The notes beneath the pieces are model-generated. The model did no database searches. It saw only the letters and a list, made by a program, of their open reading frames with translations, and was not told the DNA's origin. A program made the position numbers and the translations under genes. Source: Ginglymostoma cirratum (lineage: Eukaryota). From it: 64,000 bases of DNA. The stretch's first letter is position 1, and the number at the start of each line of letters is the position of its first letter. The DNA is taken from assembly GCA_024137785.1 (NCBI GenBank), contig JAHRHZ010000082.1, forward strand, positions 15,462,419-15,526,418. The letters run 5' to 3'. Below, piece after piece: positions 14,251 to 26,501 of this stretch.

Positions 14251-15015
14251 TATAAGATGGTTTTGTTTTATACCATCTCTTTTAATTCAAGGTAAATTGG
14301 ACCAGTAGAGATGATCATATGATGTCATTACAAATTCTGCCTGATGGTAAGCCTATCTGGGCTGGTTTCCATGGGGCCCACATCAAACACTGTTGGATTG
14401 CAAGTGCCAGTTTCACATCTGGACAGAAAGAAAAGAGCAAGCGACTTTGGTGTCTGGAGCCAGACTGACTTAGAAAAGTAAAAGTCCCAAAAAGAGGAAC
14501 AAAGAAACAGCATTTGCCAGTTGGGTGGTGGTGGTGGAGGAGACTGTTGTCTTTTAGCAACCAGATAGAATGTTGGTGGGGGCTTGTTCTCTGGTCAAAG
14601 CAATAGGACATGTAGAGATTTAAGGACATTGAATATTCGCTCTGGCATGGTCAAGAGAGAGTTACTGGAGTGATGCTAGAAGACAGAGGGAAATAAACTT
14701 CAGTGGACAACAGGTGTGATGGCCTAGTCAAATGGCAAGAGGTGAACCTGTTATAAGCTGGGCACAACTTTGTAAATACTACATACTGTGGAGAGTGTGG
14801 TGTGATGTCTGAATGCAGCATGTGATTTGAGATTGTGTTAGAAAGATGAGATATCTTTTTGGTTTTAGGGTATTAGTTGTCAGCTGAGTGATGTTAATCA
14901 ATTCTAGTTGTTACAGTAAAAGTCTTAAAATATAATAGCTACTATGACCCTTCAAGTTGATCACTGGGAGTTCAAATTTTTGTTAAAGCTGTTGGTCTCT
15001 ACAAGGATCATAATT
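14251..15015 (+). mobile_element. Possible decayed solo LTR
   Basis: Termini tataagat...ggatcataat resemble degraded TG...CA ends, with a purine-rich interior. No clean TSD found. Confidence 0.25.
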
Positions 15016-16695
15016 TTACTAGAACCTGTTTTAAATTTTTTTAACGGGCATACTGTTGTTTGAAAATAAAGATTTATGTTCTGATTGTGTATAAAAATGA
15101 TTGGTCATCAGTAGTGACATGGGGGAGAGGAAAAGAAGATGTAAAGTGAACTTCGTTATTTTATCTTGAAACCACATTTCTCAAAAAAATGGTGAAAGAG
15201 GAATTAACACACAGACTGAGTGTAGCATGCTTTTTGTTCAAGGTTCATGTCATTGAGAATCTTGAAATTTAGTGTGACAGAAGCAATGCCAAGTTGCTTC
15301 TGTCATCTGACTCTAAACAATGCAGTATTATTGATTGGGACAGTAGCTGATGTGCCAGAATTATGCTGTTTTTAGTACTTCATGCTGTACTGCTTTAGTG
15401 TGCCAGATGGGCAGAAAACAAATGCGTGGGAACGGATTGACAGGAAATACTCTTTGATGAGAGAGTTAGCAATCAAGATCCTGATTGCTACCTGTTGGTT
15501 TGTGGCGTTTATCTTGGGTATTTTTAACATTAAAATATTGCCAAATTACTGTAATTTCATATTGAGTTTTATTGCTACATTTTAAATGGCACTAGAGAAG
15601 GAATTGGACACTTGCCAAATCCAAAATCAGACTGTGTAAGATAAATGTTTATTAAAAATGTAATAGCAGGAAATGATTTAATTTAGAATTAATTGTGGCA
15701 TTTGATTCATTGAAGAAACGTGCAAAGAAACATAGCCTCTCCTTCTCCTAATGCCAATCACCACCCCCCACCCCCACCCACTACAATCCTGGCCCCAATC
15801 ATTAACTCTTGTGTTCTTATGCTTCAGGTTCCAAAGCTTCTGATAATGATAATAACCTAAACATGCAAGGCAAGAGGAAGTTAAATGATTTGTTATGTTT
15901 AAGGAGGAAGTTAATGTACACTGTGCTGACACGAATGAATAATTTGTGATTCAGTAGTGAGGATTCTGTGGAATGTTGCCTGTAAGAATGTCGTGAGTTT
16001 GACATAACCTGCAACAAAGTTGAAACCATGGGATTTTTTTTTCTGATGATTATAGCAACAGGATTTAATTTCTGCATTTGAAAAGCGGTCCAGCAACCTC
16101 TGTGCTCAGTACCTTATTATGATGAACAGCTTTTCCAAGATCCCTCAAGATTTGTGTTTTAATTACTGCTGTTTCAGTCTCCTCTTCCACTGCACAAACT
16201 GAGGTATTAATGAGCTATTAATAGCTGTGTATTATTCCTTCCTTTCCTATGCTGAAAGTAGTTAATTACATTTTGAGCTGAGTAACAGTAAAAGGGACAA
16301 AAATAGGCATTCTAGTGATTCTTAATGTTACTTTTAATAGATAAATGCAAAGCATTGCAGTAAATTCATATGTCTGGTTGCTACATGTAGGGTACATGGG
16401 CCAGATGTGAGCAACCAACACAATATTTGTCATGTCTGTTCAGCCCCATCTGGTTATAGCATCTTTAAAGTAATGTAGGTAGAGGTTGTAAATCTAAAAT
16501 AATCAGGCTAGCTGAGGTAGGTGACATTCATTTAAAAAAGCCTGAGCAATACTCACATTTGTATACTGCTTTCTCATACTGAAATACCTCCAGGTTATTT
16601 TACAGCAAACACAAAATAGCAACGATTTCAATAAACACATTGTGCAGTTGCTTTGCAACAACAGAATGACACAATGATTGTGAGGTGAATATTGG

Positions 16696-16830
16696 TTCTG
16701 AGGAAGGGTCAGCAGACCCGAAACATTAACTCTGTTTTTTCCTTCACTGATGCTGCCAGACCTGCTGAGATTTTCCAGCAACTTTGTTTTTGTTCCTGAT
16801 TTACAGCATCCGCAGTTCTTTTGGTTTTTA
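16696..16830 (+). mobile_element. Penelope-like element 3' end (family B)
   Basis: ctgaggaagggtcagcagacccgaaacattaact. Flanking direct repeat aatattgg at 16688-16695 and 16833-16840. Confidence 0.75.
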
Positions 16831-16929
16831 ATAATATTGGCTGATGATTTGATTCTACACTGTCATAGTTCCAATGTATTGAGAGAATGTTGGTCTTTAT
16901 CCTGGAATTGTACTTGTGATCATTCCAGT

Positions 16930-17250
16930 GTTTTGGGTACATAATCTAGGTTAATAGTGTTGAGGGAATGCTGCCTTGATCGAGATATCTTCTCTTGGAT
17001 ATGATGTCAAGCCAAAGCCCTGTCTTGCCTGCTAAGATGGATGTATATCATCTACTGGCAGCATTGAGTAAGAGCAGGGATTTACTGTCGCTACATCTTG
17101 GGCAGATATTATAAACAGAGTAGTTATTCATTTGTTGTTTGAGAGATCTTATGTACAGATTTGCTTCCCATATTTTCCTACGCCATACGTGTTTTGTTAG
17201 TTGTAAAATTTAAAATGTTCTGATGAGATACTGTTCAGATGTAACTTTCT
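16930..17250 (+). mobile_element. Degenerate DeuSINE-like SINE fragment
   Basis: gtgttgagggaatgctgcc...gatgtcaagccaaagccctgtcttgcc is similar to 3720-4095. Confidence 0.4.
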
Positions 17251-17349
17251 TTGTGTTTTCTGAGTTAGATAAAATTTGAATGATTTCCCTTTGCACTACA
17301 TATTTGTTTCCATGTTCAGTTTTGGAGTTGTTTAGTTGAAGTGATGAGC

Positions 17350-17710
17350 ACTTGTTTGACACTCCATCCACCACCATCAACTCCCCTTACCACTGACAAA
17401 CAGTGGTAGCAGTGTGTACCATCTACAAGCTGTATTGCAGCAACTCATCCACGCTCCTTCCAAACCCACAAACTTGACAGCAAATGCGTGGTAGCACATC
17501 ATCCTGAGTTGGAACTATACCACACTTGCTTTGCTGTCACTGGGTTAAAATCCTGGACCTCCCTCCCTAGTAGTTACTGTAAGTGACCCTACACCCCAAG
17601 AACTACAGTAGCTGAAAAAGGCAACTCACCAAAACCTTCTCTTAGGAAATTAGAGGTGGGCAATGAATGCTAGCCTTGCCAGTGACATCCACTTTCCATG
17701 GACAAACAAA
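17350..17710 (+). mobile_element. Non-LTR retrotransposon (CR1/L2 group) 3' fragment
   Basis: gcagtgtgtaccatctacaag...aaggcaactcaccaaaaccttctc...gggcaatgaatgctagcc. Same family at 21180-21925, 40225-40470 and 52560-53175. Confidence 0.65.
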
Positions 17711-17921
17711 GGAAGTAGCTTAGCATCTGTGAACTGTGTTTGCTCTGATCGAATAGTGTAACTAGCAAGTTTTGGTCATGAAAGGGAAAGTCTGTTCAGT
17801 ATTTGATTCTGCTGCTTCATGGCTGTTGCATTGAGTTGTTGGGTTTTAGCTAACTTCAGTGAGAACATAATGACAGCCATCTGTAGAGGTTCATCACTAT
17901 TCTTTGTTCTTTTTGCTTCAG

Positions 17922-17973
17922 GCAAACTTGTTTCCTGCAGCCCTCGTCCACTTTGGCTCTGAAGTCAGAATGG
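17922..17973 (+). CDS. ASPSCR1: ASPSCR1 (TUG/UBXN9) internal coding exon, end of UBX region: ANLFPAALVHFGSEVRM
   Basis: Polypyrimidine acceptor ttctttttgcttcag and donor gtgagt; 52 bp, phase 0 to 1. The peptide matches the recalled human ASPSCR1 ANLFPAALVHLG. Confidence 0.93.
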
Positions 17974-19079
17974 GTGAGTAACATAATCCGACGTGTTTTT
18001 ATTTGCTCCATTTAGCATTTCAGAAATTCTACAGCCCCCCTCAACATAATTATAATTTCTTCTTGATTCAGCTGCAATTGTTCTTCTACCTGTTAACTTT
18101 TTGCTGAAATCAAAAAAAGTTTACATATAGAGTAATGTAATTCCTATGTTTATCTGTTTTTTTCAGTTATGATCTTAGCTGATAATACTGCTGAACAAAT
18201 CAGATCACAGAATGAAACCTGGCTTGATATATGTTTCTGTTATTTTAGTTAACATGGTCATCAGTCACTCTAACTCTAACCCTAACCTGAGAGGGTTAGG
18301 GTTTTGATACGTCTCTGGCTCAATCAGTCAATGGAACTTGCCAATATCTTTTTAGCAAGTCAATTTTGGTGATGAATCACGCACATCAAATTGTTTTAAT
18401 GCAATCCTCCAATCTTGGAATAGTTTTTGAGTCTGCTTTTATTACTGCCTTGTCTTTACAATAAAACATAATTTTTACTGCCCAATCAGTTCCAGTAACA
18501 ACATGATCGTGAGATCCAGCTACTATGACTCAGTTCAATAATGTCATTGTCCATAAAGGATTTAATCTCTTCCTTCATGAGGTAATTTACCTAGATTGAG
18601 TCTGTAAGCATGTGGTTTTGAAGGTAATGCATTCGTCACAATATCACAAACAGCCAAAGATGTTTTTCCTCACCTGTTTACAAATATGGATTTGAGAATC
18701 TGCGAGAAGTCTTTGATTGAGTGACTTTTTAAGTCATTTTGATAGTTTTCTGGAAGATTAAGTATAGAACTATTTAAATCCTTGTGTCTCAATATTATCC
18801 CTTCTGGAGAATCATCTTTTGAATTTTCAATTTCCGATTTATTCTCTAGTTTTTCTAATATTTTCATTTCTTTCACTACCATAAATACATTTTTCTTCAA
18901 CTATCCTCCCTAAGGATAATTAAGTTTCCTTTTGATTTAATAAGGACCAGCAAACTTGCTTTTAATGATTCCCTAGAGATAGGTTGACAATGCTAAAATT
19001 TGCCATCTCCAACATAATTTTGAAAGTTGGCCTTTTTATCAGCTCTTGATTTCACTGTCTGTTGAACACTGTTTGTAGA

Positions 19080-19400
19080 AATGTAGAAACATAGAAACTA
19101 GGAGCAGCAGTAGACCATTCAACCCTTCAAGCCTGCTGCACCTATCTCTTCCTTGAATATATCCAATGACTTGGCATCCAGGGCCTTCTGTGGTAGAGAA
19201 TTCCGCAGACTTATTACCTTTTAAGAAGCATTTCCTTATCTCAATCCAAAGTGATCCACCTTGTAAACTGAGACTGTCTCACCTGGTTCTAGACTCCTCA
19301 GCCAGGGAAAGCAACCTCACTACATTTAGTGTGACTAGCCCTGTTAGAACTCTATGCTTTAATCAGATTCCCTCTCATCCTTCTGAATTCTAATAAATAC
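19080..19400 (-). mobile_element. CR1-type LINE 3' fragment
   Basis: (tagaaa)n tail followed by ggagcagcagtagaccattcaacccttcaagcctgct and CR1 ORF2-end-like sequence. Confidence 0.6.
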
Positions 19401-20392
19401 AGGCACAAATGTTTTTTGACCATCTTGCATACTTTGGTTAGTTTCTATTTGAAGCTCAAAATATATGCTGGAAACATGGTTTCAGATAAAAGAATTAAAA
19501 GACACGTGTAGCAACAATTCAGTACCACTTTGAGCAGGACTCCACAAGTTCCTTCTTTATAAACCTCCAATTTTGAGTATCTCATCAAGCTTGGTAACCA
19601 GTAAAACATCATCACGTCATTAGCAAGAATCTCAATGCCATTAAATATTGCACGTAAATGGTGGTAGCAGAAATAGTTTGTATTCACGCCCTAACTCCAG
19701 CAATTTCACGATTGACATTACATTCAATAGGAAATGCCCAGCAAGAAAGGTCTCTTACCTACTCTGGTAAGATTAACACGGGAGTGATACAAATCATCCA
19801 GTAGATTATGGACAAACAGAACTGATGGCCTAACTCATCAGCTTATTGCTCTTCAACTCAATTTGCTAATTATTTTTAAACTAATAATGAACAAGTGATC
19901 TTAATGTGTCATTCGAATCATAACTTCTTGTCCACTGAGAGTAGTATCTCATGGGTGTACTACAGCTTATTATGTAAAATAATATACTTGACTTGCTCTG
20001 TGTCAGCAGCCAATGGAAGTGTTTTTCTGAGATGTATTTGACCAGAACCCTCATATATGATATTATGTAATTTCCCTACAATTTCCCAGTTTTTCACATA
20101 GCTGAGACGAAGGAATGGAACAACAAGGTGACACTGAATCTAATGACAGTTGTGATGCTGTATTTACTGCAAGTAAAATTATTATTTTTTGCCAATACCA
20201 AAATGGCCATAAAAATGTATTTTGGTATTTTATTTCCATCAATCTGATGATCTGAAGTGTGCGAAACAAACCAAAAGCACACATGAAATAACAAGCATGG
20301 GGCTGGATGAACACAGCAGGTCAAGCAGCATCATAGGAGCAGGAAAACTTGACGTTTCGGGCCTAAACCCTTCTTCAGAAATGGGGGAGGGG

Positions 20393-20792
20393 NNNNNNNN
20401 NNNNNNNNNNNNNNNNNNNNNNNNNNNNNNNNNNNNNNNNNNNNNNNNNNNNNNNNNNNNNNNNNNNNNNNNNNNNNNNNNNNNNNNNNNNNNNNNNNNN
20501 NNNNNNNNNNNNNNNNNNNNNNNNNNNNNNNNNNNNNNNNNNNNNNNNNNNNNNNNNNNNNNNNNNNNNNNNNNNNNNNNNNNNNNNNNNNNNNNNNNNN
20601 NNNNNNNNNNNNNNNNNNNNNNNNNNNNNNNNNNNNNNNNNNNNNNNNNNNNNNNNNNNNNNNNNNNNNNNNNNNNNNNNNNNNNNNNNNNNNNNNNNNN
20701 NNNNNNNNNNNNNNNNNNNNNNNNNNNNNNNNNNNNNNNNNNNNNNNNNNNNNNNNNNNNNNNNNNNNNNNNNNNNNNNNNNNNNNNNNNNN
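20393..20792. other. Assembly gap (400 N)
   Basis: Run of N. Confidence 0.99.
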
Positions 20793-20814
20793 CTTCTTCA
20801 GAAAAATATTTTTT

Positions 20815-20842
20815 CTGAAGAAGGGTCTAGGCCCGAAACGTC
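20815..20842 (+). ncRNA. Minimal hammerhead ribozyme motif (Penelope-associated)
   Basis: CTGAAGA-a-ggg-tctagg-ccc-GAAA-cGTC: CUGANGA and GAAA core boxes, stem II, palindromic acgt stem III, GUC cleavage triplet. Activity untested. Confidence 0.65.
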
Positions 20843-21179
20843 AGCTTTCCTGATCCTCTGATGCTGCTTGGCCTGCTGTGTTCATCCAGCTCTACACCTT
20901 GTTATCTCAGACTCTCCAGCATCTGCAGTTCTTACTATCTGTGAAACTGCTTTAATTGTGGTCTGGGTTTATCATTGCAATCCCCAAATTAAAAGGCCCT
21001 AATATGAGCCAACCATTGTCACAATATGTCGAACTGAGAACTCAGTTCTGAACTTGCACTGATAAAGGCACCATGTTACAAATATGACACACTAAACAGA
21101 GGCTCTGTCTGTTCACACTGGGATTGATTGCACAAGGTTCTGTGATGTTATTCAGGTAGCCTCCTGGAAATTTTAAAAA

Positions 21180-21925
21180 ATACATTCGTGCGATGTGGAT
21201 GTCGCTGGCTGGGCCAGCATTTATTGTCTGTCCTTAGTTGCCCTTGAGAAGGTGGTGGTGAGCTGCCTTCCTGAACCCCTGCAGTCCATTTGATGTAGCT
21301 AGGATTAGGGCAAAGTGCTAATGAGAAGGGAGTTTCAGGATTTTGACCCAGCAGCATTGAAGGAATGGCAATACATTTATTTCCAAGTTGAGATGTTAGT
21401 GGCTTGGAAGGGAACTTGCAAACAGCTGTTTCCCCATGTACCTGCCGCCTTTGTCATTCAGATGGCAGTGGCTGTGGGTTTGGAAAGTGCTGTAAAGAGC
21501 CAAGGAGTATTTCTGCAATCTTGTGGATTGTGCACACTGCTGCTGCTGACCATCAGTGATGGAGTTACAGAATATTTGTGGATGTGTTGCCAATCACTTT
21601 GTCCTGATGACATCAAGCATCATGAGTGTTGTTGGAGATACGCTTATCCAGGGAAATGAGGAGAATTCCATCATATTCTTGATGTGTGCCTTAGATAAGG
21701 TATGAGCTTTGAGGAATCAGGAGGTTAGCTCTTCATTACAGAATTCCTAGCCTCTGACCTGCTCTTGTAGTCATAATATTTGGATGGCTAGTCCAGTTCG
21801 GTTTGTGGTTATAAGTAATGCCATGATATTGTTAGTGGGAGATTCAGTGATGGCAATGCCATTGATGTCAAGGGGTAATGGTTACCTTTCCCTTGTAAGA
21901 GATAAGTGCCTGGCAATTGTGTGGC
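21180..21925 (-). mobile_element. Non-LTR retrotransposon (CR1/L2 group) 3' fragment
   Basis: gtcgctggctgggccagcatttattg...cccttgagaaggtggtggtgagctgccttc is the reverse complement of the family at 17350-17710. Confidence 0.7.
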
Positions 21926-22126
21926 AACGACAATCTTAAATATTTAACTTTCAACTGAAACCACAAGCACTGTGGTTTCCCTACATGCTAAAAATGCCAA
22001 TAAATAGTCATATGTTAAATGAATTTGTGACTCAATTTATATAAACTGTATCCATTTATGTTCTAGTTGCAATATTTTAATATTGCAAAAATATTAAATT
22101 GTTTAATGCCTTTTTTTAAATCATAG

Positions 22127-22196
22127 ATTGTTACATATGTGAAGAGTTTGTGAAGTCTCCAACCTCTATGTCCCAGGCAGACCTCACCATTACCAG
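22127..22196 (+). CDS. ASPSCR1: ASPSCR1 coding exon: (D)CYICEEFVKSPTSMSQADLTIT(S)
   Basis: Acceptor tttttttaaatcatag and donor gtttgt; 70 bp, phase 1 to 2, in frame with both neighbours. Aligns by position with human VYLEPGLLEHAISPSAADVLVAR. Confidence 0.85.
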
Positions 22197-24044
22197 GTTT
22201 GTACCTTCAGTACTGCCAGATCTGAACTTAGACTTGTATCCTAACCTATGGATAATTAGGGAAATACTTGCATTTGTGTACTTTGCAAAGTAAAATTCAC
22301 TGAGTGTTCTAGTTTGTTATGTACTTCGCTTTTAGACATTTTGGTCATACTTTTTACAAGATCAGAAGTTATTTACTGTCAAGTTATCTTAGTTGCCAAC
22401 TTGCTGTTTCTTAAAATATTTGGACTAATCATACATTCAAGAACTAAACTGATCGAGTTAAACTTGCCCCTGCACACCTTCCTTTCTCACATGTTCGAAC
22501 ACACTTTTAATACAAACTGTTCCTAATGCTTGCTTGTTGTTGCTGCTTTTCCCCCCCACCTCCAAATCTTCCTGTATCCTCATTTCTTCTGCCTAGTGTC
22601 AATGGATGAACTCATGCATCTATTTTCAACCATTTATTGAACACGACGTAATGAGATGTTACTGTCTTCCAGTCAGTAAGGAACTGTGGATTTTGGATTG
22701 TGAATGAATATTATATAACTGTTAACTACTCTCTGTAGGTGAAGAATATGATGGAAAATTGACGGTTTAAAAGTTATTAAATATTTTCTCTTAGCCAATG
22801 CTCTTATAAAATAAAAGGCTTAAAATGGCCTTCTTAAATATTCACAGTTATAAGTATTATAAAACATGAAGAATTATTCCTATGACACGGTAATGCCTTG
22901 ACAAGCACTGAATAATGAAATATTGTATGTTTCCATAGTAGTAAATTGAAATATATTTAAAATAGCACTTATTTCCAGATCTACCAAAAGGAGGAAGTCC
23001 ATATTTTCCTGTGTGTTGCATTCCAAAAGTGCTTTGTCGATATTCAACATGTAGATTGTACCTGGAGTAGGTATACTCAGAACTTGTCTCTTGAAATATT
23101 TCATTGATCATCAGTGACATGCCAGAACTTTGCATGTTCATTGACAATAATTGGAGAATACTTTGTTGGAACAATTAAATCATCAGAAGTTTAAAATTCC
23201 TAATAAAATGCATATAGTAACTCCTTTTGATTTCGTTATTCGGGTCCACAGTAAACCGGTAATTTTATTGTTTAACATGAAATATGTTAATATGTTTGTT
23301 CTTTGTCTTATTACCTAAGGGGCAGAGGATGTACACACTGGTTGACATCTGTAATCTGCACAAACTGAAATCAATTATGTGCAAAGCTGGTGCTCAAACA
23401 TGCAAGGCATTGAACATATGTTATTACAGTACACTTAGTTGATGGTTTAGTGTCTAGGTGTTCGGTTGTTTCAGTTCAAGGAAAAAGAGCAATCAATTCT
23501 TTCTAGTCACGTGATATTTCTAAGAGCAAATACTCAAAAACAAAGCTACCTTTATAAATAATCTACCTTTTGAGTTTCCAATTAATCTTTGAAGTGAAAG
23601 AAGCAAAGGTCTTTGTTTAAATATGGTTATCTATGATACAAGACCACAGTCGAAGAATAAGGAGGATAAACTTTTCCATCTTCACAGGTTGAAATTTATG
23701 TCTGCAGAATAAATTGTAATATTAGAAAATATTAATTACAAAACTGCATGTGTTTGTTAGTGAAATACCAAGCACATCTTCAAGTTTCTTCTTCAAACTT
23801 AGAAGTTAGTATTTCAGGAACCAGCTGTGGAAAATTGCATTAGGTGCTGTTGATGTCTTTGTTGCTACTAGATTTGACTTTGGGTGAACTGATTTCCTAG
23901 CTTCATAAGCTTGTGTTATCAAAACTGTCACTATCTTAATTTGCTCCAAATCCCAATTCACCTAACATTCCTGTGCTTGCAGACTGGCACTGGCTGTATG
24001 TCAGACAGCAGTTTTAAAATGTTCAGCTTTGTTTTCACATGCTG

Positions 24045-24625
24045 AGACCTTCGAATGTAGGAGTTGGGATATCATGTTGAGGTTATACAGGACATTGGTG
24101 AGGTTTCTTCTGGAGCAGTGGTACAGTTCTGATCACCCTGCTATCTGAAGGATATTATTAAATTGGAGAGGGTTCAGAAAAGATTTACCAAGATGTTACT
24201 GAGAATGGAAGGTTGAGTTTTAAAGATAGACTGGGACTTTTTTTTAAACTGGAGTTTAGGAGGGTGAGGAGTGGCCTTATGGAGGTTTATAAAATAATGA
24301 GGGGCAGAGATCAGTAGAACAGCAAGGGTCTATTTCCTGGGCTGGGCGAGTTCAAAACGAGGGGGTATATTTTTAAGGTGAGAGGGGAGCGATTTAAAAC
24401 GGACATGAGGGGTAACTCTTTTACACAGAGAGTGATTTGTGTGTGAAATGAACTGCCACAGGAAGTGGTGGATGCAGATACAGTTACAATATTTAAAAGA
24501 CATTTGGGTAAGTACATGAATAGGGAAGGTTTGGAGGGATACTGGCTAAATCCAGGCAAGTGGGACTGTTTTGGTTTAGAAACATGGTTGGCAGGAACTG
24601 GTTGGATTGAAGGGTCTGTTTCCAG
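24045..24625 (+). mobile_element. CR1 LINE 3' fragment inserted in an older L2-like relic (approx. 23920-24880)
   Basis: ttggagagggttcagaaaagatttaccaagatgtt (LERVQKRFTKM) followed by a CR1 3' UTR. The flanks are L2-like (cctgtgcttgcagactggcactggct ... cctctatattcctccaatcctgacctc). Confidence 0.75.
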
Positions 24626-25068
24626 AATGACCCTATCCCAGTAGTCTCCTTCAGTTCTGCAATGTTTTGCAAACCTCTATATTCCTCCAATCCTGACCTC
24701 ATGCACTTTCCTGATTTTAATTGCTCCACAACTGGCAGCTGTGCTTTAAGCTCCCTTTGCTTTAGCCTAATTCCATCAAATATCCCCACTGTACCACTCT
24801 TCCTGTCTCTTGCCTTTTGCTGTGTTCCTTAAAACCTATTACTCTGATTCATCTTTTAGTATTCTGTCTTGATTTCTCCTTCTGTAGCTTGGTGTCAAAA
24901 GTGTTTTTATTGCTGTTGCACTTTCTAAGCCATGTGGGGAGAGCTGTGATGTTAAATGTACTTTAAGTTGCATGCCATAAATTGTTGTTTGGATATCTTT
25001 TTTCTTTGAAATAATAAGCCAATTCTTTCTGAAAGTATTGAATTTGCTTCAGTTAATTTCACATGGCT

Positions 25069-25221
25069 NNNNNNNNNNNNNNNNNNNNNNNNNNNNNNNN
25101 NNNNNNNNNNNNNNNNNNNNNNNNNNNNNNNNNNNNNNNNNNNNNNNNNNNNNNNNNNNNNNNNNNNNNNNNNNNNNNNNNNNNNNNNNNNNNNNNNNNN
25201 NNNNNNNNNNNNNNNNNNNNN
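25069..25221. other. Assembly gap (153 N)
   Basis: Run of N. Confidence 0.99.
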
Positions 25222-25299
25222 TCTAGTTCCTTTGCAAATTACCTTAAATCTGAGTAATTTGATTATGGGCACTTCTACTATGGAGATCAGTTTATAAAT

Positions 25300-25810
25300 C
25301 ATTGGTTAGACATCAGCTAAAGTATTGAGTGCAATTCTGGGCATCACACTTCATGAAGGACGTCAAGATATTGAAGAGAATACAGAGGAGATTTTGCAGA
25401 AAGATACCAGGATGAGGAAGTTTGGTGATGTGGAGAGACGAGAGAAGTTGAGATTGTTCTTGGCACAGAGAAGGTCTAGTGGAGATTGAATAGTAATGTT
25501 TAAAAATATAAAAATATAATGTTTAAAAATATGAAGGGTTTTTGCCAAAGTTGAAAGCAAGAAGTACCTCTACTGCATTCTCGTCAGCAGCAGGGGGCGT
25601 AAATTTAAGACGTGTTGCAAAATTTGATTTTTTTTTTAAACTTTGGGATGCTTGCCTGATAGTATGATGGAAACAGCTTCAACAACAACTTTCTAAAGTA
25701 AATTTGGATAATTAAACAGAAAATTTCAGAGTTGAAGGGAAAAAGCACGGGAATGGGATTACTTTGTTCTTTCAAAGAACCAGTATGGCCTAATGAACTA
25801 AAAGGGCTCC
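25300..25810 (+). mobile_element. Old CR1 LINE 3' fragment
   Basis: agtattgagtgcaattctgggcatcacacttcatgaagga...gagaagttgagattgttct resembles the CR1 ORF2 C-terminus. Confidence 0.55.
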
Positions 25811-25939
25811 TGTGATTCCAACTCACTTGGCCCCAAGAACATCTATTAGTGACTGCTGCATCTGTAAACTTTACGCACCTTCAACAATTATTGTTACCTG
25901 ATGACTTTGTCCTTAAGGGCTGGTTTCACTAGAACTACC

Positions 25940-26055
25940 AGTTCTGAAGTAAGGATTCTAAACGTTAACTCTGCTGTTGCCAGACCTGCTGAGCTTCTCC
26001 TGAAATCTCTGTTTCTGTTTCATATTTCCAGCATCCACAGTTCTTTGCTTTATTT
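25940..26055 (+). mobile_element. Penelope-like 3' end remnant
   Basis: gttctgaag...aaacgttaactctg...gccagacctgctgag...ccagcatccacagttctttg. Confidence 0.6.
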
Positions 26056-26190
26056 AATGCATGACCATTTTCTTGTCTAACTCAAATTATACAAAATTGT
26101 CATTGTCGAGGATTGTGCCTCCAGCTAAAACTTCATCTTCTCCTATATCACCACCTCAACTGGATATGGAGGTGACAGTGTTGGACTACA

Positions 26191-26364
26191 GTGGACAAAG
26201 TCAGAAGTCACATGATACCAGGTTATAGTCCAACAGGTTTATTTGAAACCACAAGCTTTTGGAGTCACTTCACCTGACAAAGGGGCTACGCTCCAAAAGC
26301 TTGTGGTTTTAAATAAACCTGTTGGCCTATAATCTGATGTCGTGTGACTTCTGACTTTGACCAC
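26191..26364. mobile_element. Fold-back mini-element with decayed hammerhead-like centre (family D)
   Basis: About 73 bp inverted arms: gtggacaaagtcagaagtcac...aagcttttggag pairs with ctccaaaagctt...gtgacttctgactttgaccac. Centre reads ctgacaaaggggctacgctccaaaagc. Confidence 0.75.
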
Positions 26365-26501
26365 CTCACCTTGACAAATAACTGGCTCTTCCCTCAGTGA
26401 AAGAAAGAGGGCAGTATATGCAAATGATACAAACAGTAGGAAACATGTTCTCAACTTTCAGTATGGTTATCCGCATTTCTTTGGCATATATATTTTCAGC
26501 A

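Larger units (their letters stand above)
20287..20942. mobile_element. Penelope-like fold-back arm(s) spanning an assembly gap
   Basis: Left arm is on the minus strand; right arm is on the plus strand with tail. Hairpin centre cttcttcagaaaaatattttttctgaagaag at 20793-20823. Confidence 0.8.

Noticed and set aside
1-17900. Search for the preceding ASPSCR1 exon (expected ...PPK......TLFQ|gt)
   Set aside because: The ttcag|gt candidates at about 1858, 6046 and 7498 lie in repeats and do not encode the expected peptide. The exon is probably upstream of the window.
18670-18900. 76-aa charged minus-strand ORF
   Set aside because: AT-rich low-complexity sequence with no recognisable domain or splice context.
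25587-25600. CTCF-like gcagcagggggcgt
   Set aside because: It lies within a decayed CR1 fragment at a position where similar G-rich sequence is expected.
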